Part shown: positions 53,980 through 64,000 of the stretch, piece after piece
Numbering within the stretch: the first letter of the stretch is position 1
How the letters are laid out: each line of letters opens with the position of its first letter
Origin: Octopus sinensis
Lineage: Eukaryota
DNA length: 64,000 nt
Assembly: GCF_006345805.1 (NCBI RefSeq)
Contig: NC_043009.1
Span: 70,060,001-70,124,000, forward strand
Reading direction: 5' to 3'
The notes under the pieces: generated by a model
Databases searched by the model: none
Seen by the model: the letters and a program-made list of their open reading frames with translations, nothing else
What the model was told of the DNA's origin: nothing
Translations under genes and position numbers: made by a program

Positions 53980-54139
53980 CGATAGGCTTCTTTCAGTTTC
54001 CGTCTAACAAATCCATTTACAGGGCTTTGGTCGGCCCGAGGCTAAAGTAGGAGACACTTGCCTAAGGGGGCAAGGTAGTGAAACTGAACTCAGAACCATG
54101 GGGTTGAGAAGCAAGCTTCCTACCACACAACCACGCCTG
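53318..54139 (-). mobile_element. two abutting family D SINEs (older 53318-53737; better preserved 53738-54139)
   Basis: The head of the first copy is cut at ...CATGTGGCTGGCATGC and is immediately followed by the 3' end of a second complete copy. Confidence 0.85.
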
Positions 54140-54142
54140 TAT

Positions 54143-54188
<46 letters not shown>

Positions 54189-54934
54189 GCACACATGTAT
54201 TCATACATATGTGTATATATATACATATACCTATTCATATATATATATCTATATATATATGTACATACATGTGTATGTATGTATGTATATATATTATGGA
54301 GCTCTACTTTGCCCTTCGTTCTTTCGGGGTCAGTAAAATAAGTGGCAGGGGAGGAAAATTTCAGGCTTAGAAAAGGAGAAGAGGCGTGCGTGCGCGCCAT
54401 TATGGCGGGAGTGGGGGAAAAGGTGGAAGGAAAGGAGCGGTTTTAAGTGGCTGTTCGAGCTGCTAGAAATAACAGCCAAAAGGTCGGCAAATCATTACTT
54501 TATATATTGTGTTAAATAAGGAGAAAGAGAGAGGGAGAGAGAGAGAGAGAGAGGGAGAGAAGGAGAGAGAGGGAGGGAGAGAGAATTGTTGTGCTTAGAT
54601 TGTGCTGCGGGGAAAGACTGTTTGCTAAGCAGTAGCAACAAGAGATAAACAATAGCTTAAAACCGTTGTCGTTGCTTTTGTTTATCTCTTGTCAACAACA
54701 ACAACAACAACAACAACAGCAATTGTTACTACTACTACTACTACTACTACTACTTATAGTTGTAACCGGTATGTTACGCCTAGAAGTGCTAGAAATAACA
54801 ACGACATTTCGTGATTTCAATACGGAAATGTAATGAGATGATATTGGATACAGAAACGAGATGGTAAATGTTAACACACACACACACATACATGCATACA
54901 TACACACACACACACATACATACCTTCACACATA

Positions 54935-55191
54935 CACACCAGCATCGGTTATCACGCGATGGTGGGACGACGAAAACACACAAACTCTCACACACACACA
55001 CATATATATATATATGACGGGCTTCTTTCAGTTTCCGTCAACCAAATCCATTCACAGGGCTTTGGTCGATCGAGCTATATAATAGAAGACACTTGCACAC
55101 GGTAGCACGCCGTGGGATTGAACCCCGAATCATGTAGTTGGGATGCAAACTTCTTATCACACAGTCACACCAATATTTATTTATTTAATTA

Positions 55192-55229
<38 letters not shown>

Positions 55230-55350
55230 GGCTTGGTATTTTTCTATCGGGCTCCTGTGCCGAATAGCTAAGTTACGGGGACGTAAACAAACGAATATCG
55301 GTCAGCAAGCGTTGACGGGTAGGCAAACACAACCAGAAAGATACAGACAC
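54935..55350 (-). mobile_element. family D SINE fragments (54935-55171 and 55230-55350)
   Basis: GACGGGCTTCTTTCAGTTTCCGTC...; AAGTTACGGGGACGTAAACA. Confidence 0.8.
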
Positions 55351-55394
55351 ACACACACTTATACACCACTGTGGTGATGACGACTGATGTGGAG

Positions 55395-55418
55395 ATGCAT
55401 ACCACCACCACTACCACC

Positions 55419-55477
<59 letters not shown>

Positions 55478-55536
55478 ACTGTTATTGCTGGTACTGCATA
55501 ATCATCGTTGCCGCTGTCGTCATTGCTGCCATCATC

Positions 55537-55581
<45 letters not shown>

Positions 55582-55690
55582 GCCATCATCATCATCATCG
55601 CCATCATCATCATCAGCAGCAGCATTAAAACAATCAGTTAAACTAACCACCAAAACCACCACCACCGTCGCCGCCGCCACCGTCATTTTT
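55395..55690. repeat. long compound trinucleotide microsatellite (ACC/ACT/GCT/ATC/AGC/GCC)
   Basis: Direct reading. Confidence 0.92.
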
Positions 55691-56410
55691 GTCAAAGCGT
55701 TCCAAAGGTAAAGAAAAGCCATTTAATTGTACTGTGTGTGTGTGTGTGTGGAAGGGTGGTGGTGGTGGTTGTAGTGTGGGTGGTGGAAGGGTGGTGGTGT
55801 TGGTGCTAGTTTTGATGGTAGTGGCGGTAGTATGATAGGAAGAGGGTTCGGGTGGTAGCAGTTGTGGCGGTGGCGGTGGTGGAGTTGTTCGGTAGTGATG
55901 CATGGGGTAGCCCTGGGATTTTAGCCCTGGGTCAGAAGACCTGATCGGGCAGACATCCCAGTCCTCACTTTCATGCATTTATTTAGTCATTCAGTTGTAG
56001 AAAGGTTTCGTTGCTATTTCTAGTATGTTGAACAACCATATAGAGGCACCATTTACTCCTGGTTGTGTTGGCGGCGGCGGTGAGGGTGGTTGATAGTTAA
56101 TGTGGACGTTAGGGCTATCATTGTTCTGATGTTGATGATGATGATGATGATGATGACGAGTATAGCAAGACAAAATAGAGGAAGTGAGAGATGTAATGAA
56201 CACACACACGCACACACACGTACACACGTACACACACACACACGTACACACAAACACACACACGTACACGCACACATACACACACACATACACACGATGA
56301 ACAAATAAAACTAGAAACTCGGGAGCGGCAGACACAATACTAGTTGTTGTCCGGCATAAATGCCTATTTCTTTACAAGGGGCTACACACAGACACATGGA
56401 CAGACAAACA

Positions 56411-56583
56411 GATTAAGTCGATTACATCGACCCCAGTGCCTAACTGGTACTTATTTAATCGACCCCGAAAGGATGAAAGACAAAGTCGACCTCAGCGGCA
56501 TTTGAACTCAGAACATAGAGACAGACGAAATACCGCTAAGCATTTCGCCCGACGTGCTAACGTCTCTGCCAGCGTATCGCCTT
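56411..56583 (-). mobile_element. SINE family H, well preserved
   Basis: Minus strand head AAGGCGATACGCTGGCAGAGACGTTAGCACG...GAGTTCAAATGCC, then GTCGACTTTGTCTTTCATCCTTTCGGGGTCGATTAAATAAGTACCAG. This resembles the conserved central motif of MetaSINE-type elements as recalled. Confidence 0.85.
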
Positions 56584-56940
56584 AATGTCCGGCATAAATG
56601 CCATCACGGTCAGCATCAGATGACCAGCACGATCACCACCAGCGCCACCACCATCGTTACTACGACAACGACAACTGGAAATTAATGACCAGGGTTGCAT
56701 AGGGAGCGTGAGAAAAGGAAAGAGTGAGAGAGAAGGAGGTGACGAGTGAAATACCAGGTGGAGGGGAGAGGGTGGAGTGACGGCTTTGATTTGGGATTAG
56801 TTTTTAATACACATACACGCACAGATATACACACTCACAAACGCACACACACATGCACGCACACACGTACACAAACACACACACGCATACACACACGTAC
56901 AAATATACACACACTCACAAACGTGCACACACACACACAC

Positions 56941-56977
<37 letters not shown>

Positions 56978-57249
56978 GCTGCGCATCGTTCATTATGGAA
57001 TCAGTGGTTTCCTGAAATTCGTGTCGTAAAGTGGTTTCCCAGGAAATGAAACTTACTGTCCCATGAGGTCCGCGTTTTCGTATCCCAAAGCAAGTGAAGA
57101 AAGGGTTTCGCGTTACAAAATTCCACGTTACAGCAAAATTTCCTGGAACACAATGGTTACGTAATGTAGTGAATGCCTGTGCGTGTGCGGCGCGTTTTCC
57201 TGTCTCTCTTTCTCTCTCTCTCCTTCTCGCTCTCTGTATATTCTTTTTT

Positions 57250-57620
57250 TTTTCTTTTAGTTGTTTCAGTAATTTGACTGCGGCCATGCTGGAGCATGGC
57301 CTTTAGTCGAACAAATCTACCCCAGGACTTATTCTTTGTACACCTAGTACTTATTTTATCGGTTCCTTAGCCGAACCGCTACGTTACCGGGACGTAAGCA
57401 CACCAAAGTCGGTTATCAAGCGATGGTGGAGGGACAAACACAGACACACAAACACACACAAATACACACACACACACACTCACACACACATATATATATA
57501 TATATTATATATATATATATATATACATGCATATACTTATATGTCTGTATTTGTCCTTCCACCATCGCTTGCCAACCGATGTAGGTGTGTTTACGTCCCG
57601 GTAACTGAAAGAAGCCGTCT
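57250..57620. mobile_element. family D 3' half (minus, 57250-57480) plus inverted rearranged fragment (plus, 57541-57620)
   Basis: Arms 57383-57447 and 57541-57605 are reverse complements. Confidence 0.8.
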
Positions 57621-57655
<35 letters not shown>

Positions 57656-57740
57656 CTTAATAAATAAATAAAGCATATGCATATATATACATACATATAT
57701 GTACGTACCTACCTCTACATGTATATATACATGCATATAT

Positions 57741-58000
57741 GGGTACAGGACACCAAAAAAACGTCGAACACAATGAGAAACGAAAACATAAACACAAAAC
57801 CAAGGAAATGGACATTTTTCTTAAACAACGAAAAAATAGAGTACAGGACATACAAAACAAGGAAAATTCCCCTTCTTCAGTCGCCTTTGTTTCATCTACT
57901 CCACGTTTCGAAGGTCAAGGCGATACATGACTTTAATGAAACAATCCTTCCCGCGAAAATCAAATTAAATAAAATTTGAGATTTTTTTGCGGAGGGGTAA
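57741..58000 (-). repeat. family G interspersed repeat
   Basis: Shares motifs with 50775-50980; internal hairpin CCGCGAAAATCAAATT...AATTTGAGATTTTTTGCGG. Confidence 0.65.
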
Positions 58001-58109
58001 AAATGGTAACAAAAACAGGACAGTAACGACAGTACAAATTATAAACAGTAAAAGACAGGACAAGGAGAATAACAGTAACACAAACAAGAAGGGCTGTTTA
58101 GCCGAACAT

Positions 58110-58195
58110 ACACAAGGCTTTGGTCGGCCGGAGGCTATAGTAAAAGACACTTGGCCAAGGTGCCACGCAGATGAACTGAACCCAGAACCATGTGT
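58110..58195 (-). mobile_element. family D SINE 5' fragment
   Basis: CACAAGGCTTTGGTCGGCCGGAGGCTATAGTAAAAGACACTTGGCCAAGGTGCCACGCAG. Confidence 0.8.
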
Positions 58196-60015
58196 CTGTT
58201 GTGTGATGTGTGTGTGTGTGCGTATATATATACATACACACACACGCTTGAAAATTAACAATCTCATCAACCGATCTATTTAAAAGTAGAATAAATTATT
58301 TTCAGTTTCCCCGATAAATTCTGCTAAAAAGTTTGACATACGTCTGTGTGCCAGCGCACATGCGTGTTAGTGTGTGTGTATGTGCTTGTGAGTGTGTGTG
58401 AGTGAGTGTGCTTGTGTGGGCAGGAAAGTTAATGCGGTTAACTAACACGTTTTGAAACCTACACTCTAGAAAATAATCCATTGCAAGTCCATTTGGTTTC
58501 TTGTCGCGCGCAGAAAAACACGATGCAAAGAACTTGACATGCTTCACGGTTGTTTAACAACTCACCAAAATAAATAAATAAATAAAAAGAAAAAAAGAGA
58601 AAAGTCCTTTTGCCTATTAAAAAATCGATGACGACAGCGGGATCTGTGAAGGGCGTAATATACTGAGTGGTTACCTCTGCTCCTATATTATTGTTGCTGT
58701 TGAATCCTAACTCAGCCCTAATCCAATAAGTCTACGATTGAAAGAATTCCAGCAGCGAGGAATCTAAATTCTTTCTCTACAGGAAGTTTATGCGTTGTTC
58801 AAGATATTTTTCTTAAGACTGTAGAATCCTATTTAAAAGGAACCTCGCTGCTATTTCTCGCATATATACGCCCCCCCCCCAAACACACACACACGTTGGC
58901 TGGTGATCTGGAGTAAATTGCAAGAGTGTAATAATGTGTTACGAAGTGGCCGTATGATGGAACAGACTGATGTCATATGGGGTGCAGAGAGTAGTTTTGT
59001 GCCGTGGAATAATTTAATGGACTGATATTATAAGGGCAGCGGATTGGTAGTTGGTGAGTTGAGCAAATGCCCCGTAATATTGGGTCCGACTCCTAACGTT
59101 CTGAGTACCCTACCAAGATCAACTTTCATCTTTTCTAAAGTTAAGAACATTGCGCAATAAAGTACCTGTGATGTACTGGTGTCGATCTTTTCGATGCCGG
59201 TTTGAAGCAACATGCAATGAGTTACTACGATCCATGAGAGTTCAAATTCTCACCCAGCCATGAAGTTCTGCTGAAGTAGCGCAATTTTTGCAAGACACCG
59301 CCATCGCTTCTATATTACTTAACTGTAACACACTTTATTGCGACCAATACAATTCACCCGTCCGTCCGTCCGTACGTACGTGCGCACATACATACATACA
59401 TACATACATACACACACGCATGCCTGTCTGCCTGCCTGCAAAGAAATGAGTGATGGTGAATTCGCCATATCGCCAATTGCGTTTCGCTCCATTTGCATCT
59501 GTTCACCCAATCAGCTAAACAGAACGATGGTTAATCTCATCTTGGTTACCTCCCTTCGAATTCCTTGTACCACGAAAGCTTCTCGACTTACTTCCGGAAT
59601 GTTATTTCAGTGATTCTTTAGTAAATGTTTCTTTTTAAATGGTAGTAACAAACATCAAAACAAACGCTATCATATATGTCTGTTTGAGCCAAACTAGGAT
59701 GGAAGGTAATCCAGAACCGACCATACCCTCTCCTTTTTTAACATTTACGACCAAATTGCCCAACGTGTTGGCCTTTTTCAAGACGGTAGAGTTTGATTCA
59801 AGGTGAGAAGGTAGGAATGCAGTGACGGAGGTGGGACAGTATTACAGTTTTTAAAAATTTCACAGCCATAAAGTGACGCAAGATATATTGAGATGAAGTA
59901 CAAATCCGAATTAGAAGAAATTCAGATGGCGAGATATATTTCTCACACACACACTCTCTGTCGCTCTGTCTGTCTGTCTGTCTGTCTGACCGTCTGTCTG
60001 ACCGTATGTCTGTCC

Positions 60016-60055
<40 letters not shown>

Positions 60056-60699
60056 GTCTCTCTCTCTCTCTTTTTCTCATTATATCTTATCCTATTTGTC
60101 GTTTGTTTTTATGTAATTCCATGATGTTCAGACTTCTGAGGTGCACTTCTGTAATATTGTTGTCCCCCTGTTGCGGTGAAGAGGCTTTTCTGTTTTATAT
60201 CCACCATTTCCTTTGCTATGGTGATGCTTCTGAGAGGCTTTTACTTTCCTAAAGGTAGCTGAGTATTGGGAAATGGTGGTGGAGAATGAAATTGCTATTG
60301 ATAAGAAAGAAAAAGTTATCCTGAGACAAGAAACCTCATCCGAGTTCTTCCACCAAAGGTAGCATAAAGACAGGTGCTCTAGTTAAATTGAAACACAGAT
60401 AAAAAAACTACCACCTTCGAGTAGGTCCCGTCTTTCCGGCACGGTGTCTGTCTCCTTAGTTTGACCCACAAGGCCTTACGTGACATCCTACTTGGCTAAG
60501 ATATCGTGTAGTGAAATAGAACCCAAAATAACATCATTCCAAAGACAACTTCTCAATCACTTAGCCATGCTTTGTTTAACTACGTAAATCCTATTTGTGT
60601 GAAATGTGTTATGGAGCTGTGAGATGATCGTGGAGAACAAGTACGGTGTTCAGTTGTTGCAGTTTTGAGAGCAGGGAATAGTTTACTGTTTGTTATTAA

Positions 60700-61087
60700 A
60701 ACGAAAATATCATGAATAGAATCTGTTCCTTGTGGGGCTATTATGGAGATATGAAAGGTGTCAGGCATGGTATTTATGTTTTTCTTTATATTATTTTTAT
60801 TGTACCCAATGCTCTAATTATAAACGGTATCGTTTTTACTCTCATTTATTTCCATATTATGTTCATGGTGCTTTGATAGCTTTTCGACTTCCTTCCGGAC
60901 GATATTTCGTTTGGAAATGATTAGATGCCGGCCAGAGTGGATCGGTTTTTCCTTCCTGTCTTTCATCATGCTATGTTGGCACTTCTCTTTGATCTCCTTG
61001 TTGCTTTGCACAAGAATGTCATAGATTACCATAACTATGTCATTGCCAAATACCGGATTTCGTGTTTATGATGCCAGGTATTTTCAG
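60700..61087 (-). mobile_element. R4/Dong-like retrotransposon, restriction-like endonuclease (RLE) domain remnant
   Basis: ENTWHHKHE / [17 protein letters not shown] / KDRKEK / KRNIVRKEVEKLSKH / FIIRALGTIK / NINTMPDT. Matches the recalled KWYEHxPExVxEN..ILWDFxIQTDKEIxARRPDIVVxDK...RNIxxKExEKLSKY...PxIIGALG series. Confidence 0.75.
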
Positions 61088-61099
61088 TTGTCATGTCTA

Positions 61100-61524
<425 letters not shown>

Positions 61525-62238
61525 TAAGTAATACTAAGCAATAAGGGTTTAGCAACGAATTGCCTTACCACATACCGAATTTAGAAATAGGTGTAATTGA
61601 TAATTATTCCAAATTAATTAATTTCACCCTTCATTATTACGGATAACCATATTTTATCTCAGTAGATGACCATAGCATCTTGTTTTGGCTACACGCGGGT
61701 GGGAAGGGGCTGTTGACACAATCGTTTCATTCACAAATTTGAATTCGGTGATACTAGTTGCGGATTCTAGCTCGCTCTGATACTGAGTTGAGTTGGTGCC
61801 TCCTAGTATCTCAAAATTCAATATATAATCATTTATGATTATAGTATTCTACGCTGAAGAGAAAAGAAGTTTCGGTAAGACAGAATTATTTGATATTTAA
61901 TTCTTATGCTTTCCTAAAAACTTGATTTCGAAACGTACGTCCGTAGATAACTTTAAAAATGTTTGATAGATTGCAGTTAATTCATTCTCTCTTACCTGTT
62001 TGTGTCAGCCTTCCAATTGCTGTTTTTACTGAGATCTCCTTTTTAGTAGAGAAATAGCTATAACCCTTTGACTGCTATTTCTAAATTCGGTATGTGGTAA
62101 GGCAATTCGTTGCTAAACCCTTATTGCTTAGTATTACTTAAATTTTCCTCGAATGAGGCTTTTTTTTACATGCCGAAGACTACTTGGTGTAATTGATAAT
62201 TATTCCAAATTAATTAATTTCACCCTTCATTATTACGG

Positions 62239-62241
<3 letters not shown>
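61525..62241. repeat. block with perfect 66-bp inverted repeat and perfect 56-bp direct repeat
   Basis: 61525-61590 is the exact reverse complement of 62075-62140; 61590-61645 is identical to 62186-62241. Confidence 0.92.
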
Positions 62242-62283
<42 letters not shown>

Positions 62284-62293
62284 ATATATATAT

Positions 62294-62364
<71 letters not shown>

Positions 62365-62664
62365 TATATATATCTATCTGTCTACACACACAAACACACA
62401 CACACACACACACACGCCCTTTATAAGTATTTCTGGTGGCTTAGTCAGAAGAGAAATGTTAGCACCCATTCACCATTGTCGGTTGGAAGAAAACGAAATA
62501 GTTGTCTTCGGACAGGACAGTCAATGCGAACGTCTGCGAAACAATGCATCTTGCTGGCGGCACTTAAGAACCAGATGTTGGCTTTAAGGTGGATTATGGA
62601 TTAAGTCGATTAACCAGTTATATCTGGGATACTTGTTTTTATCATTGCCATGCTTTGGCGGTGG

Positions 62665-64000
62665 TTAGGAAATTATGTCTTTATGTTGATAACATTCTCT
62701 GCAGTTGAAGTCAATATCTTCTAATATTTTCTTGGAGCTTCTACAGACATGTGTGTGAGTATATGTGTGTGTGTCTGTGTGTCCCCGTGCGCGCGTTGTT
62801 TCTAGGCAGTGACCTTGTGCATCGGTAATCAGTCCTTCCGTTTCTTTGTTTAGTCCACAGCTTTCAGTTGACTCGGCTTTCATATTGGCTCATTTCGTCT
62901 CTGTCTATTCTTGCATAATACTGACCACAGTCTTTCTTTCCATTCTTCTTTCCGAACTTCAATTCTGCTTTGATTTTATATTTTATTATATTTGCATTTC
63001 CTGCCGTTTTATTTTTATCGAAATCATTTTATCAATGTACCAAGATTCTTGTTTCTGACAAATTTTCTTTTTGTTTTGTTTTGCTATATTAAACTAATCA
63101 ATCTACGTTTGCTTGCTTCACACTATTTTTCTACACTCATTGTATTTTGTTCTCGTTTATTACTCGTCAATAATTCCCGATTTCTCTCCGACCTTTCATA
63201 TCTTCCTACCTGTAATAGTGTCCGTGGTGATGGACTCCAGATGCACTGAAAAAATTTGCTGGTTTTCCTGTGAAGGTTTTACAATTGATATACCAACAAA
63301 ATTATTTTACTGAAACTTCAATCTAAGATTGAGATCTCCAGGGTATTTAGAATGGTAATTTCTTTGTTGGTGCATTCCTCTCAATTTTAATATTAACCTG
63401 ATTCAAGGCAGCAAAAGCTAACGGAGTCATGAGCTTGCCGAGCAAAATGCTTCATGGCATTTCGTCCGCCTTCACGTTCTGAGTTCAAATTCCGCTGGGG
63501 TTGACTTTGCCTTTCATCATTTCGAGATGGATAAAATAAGTAGCAGATTAATACTGAGGTCCCCAATCCACCGAAATTGCTGGCCTTGAACCAAAATTTG
63601 AAACCAGCAACAGACTCCTCTGTGGTGTTCAAATTTTGAAGATATTTCCTTCTTGCGTTTATATTTTCTCTTTCATTTACTTCTACTTCGCGTTCATATT
63701 TGTTGATTCTTTTTCCAATTCTGTTTTCGGTGTCTAAATCTAATATTTGCAATTTTAATTAATTTCTCTCTTCTTAGAGAAGCGATGGCCCATTTCTATA
63801 ATTCCATACTCAGTTTGATATCGCTACTGAATAAATGCAGAACTTTTAGTAGGGTCTCCTGCTGGCTAGTGTCTCCTCTATATAGTTTTCAGATATCATC
63901 CATATTGAGTAGATTATTTATAGAATGTTTTACCATTAAGTGGTTTGCTTCAATACGTTCATTAATGGAGTCGGTTTTGGAGAGAAGAGTTCTGTGAGGA
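62665..64000 (-). mobile_element. decayed R4/Dong-like retrotransposon, RT domain to zinc knuckle (continues beyond window end)
   Basis: Minus strand reads INNLLNMDDI*KLY...LLKVLHLFSSDIKLSMEL*KWAIASLRREKL (YMDD region), then ITILNTLEISIL..SF...NLHRKTSKFF, GQYYARIDRDEMS, SCGLNKETEGLITDAQGHCLET and KKILEDIDFNCRECYQHKDII. The order matches R4/Dong ORFs. Confidence 0.8.
63405..63609 (+). mobile_element. SINE family H inserted into the R4-like element
   Basis: AAGGCAGCAAAAGCTAACGGAGTC...AAATGCTTCATGGCATTTCGTCCG...GAGTTCAAATTCCGCTGGGGTTGACTTTGCCTTTCATC. Confidence 0.85.

Overview
AT-rich, repeat-saturated eukaryotic DNA with no recognisable host protein-coding gene. It is intergenic or lies inside a very large intron. 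The SINE families and extreme microsatellite load point to an octopus (coleoid cephalopod) genome; this is inferred from recalled SINE sequences, not from a database search. Almost all ORFs in the supplied track are translations of di-, tri- and tetranucleotide repeats. Supported contents: about 20 copies or fragments of at least five tRNA-derived SINE types; a canonical 513-bp non-autonomous Helitron; a 293-bp hAT-type MITE with an 8-bp TSD; a 775-bp mariner derivative built from two inverted 5' ends; decayed RLE-type (R4/Dong-like) retrotransposons at 40.5-40.9 kb and 60.7-64 kb; a decayed RTE-like LINE 3' end; a near-identical ~1.5-kb tandem duplication; and a 100-N scaffold gap. The most interesting signal is a set of related ~130-200-bp elements embedded in (TA)n/(TG)n tracts. 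They carry a minimal type I hammerhead-ribozyme-like motif with a palindromic helix III and a compensatory change in helix I, resembling Penelope-like pLTR or retrozyme elements. A second family carries a long-helix-II hammerhead-like motif.
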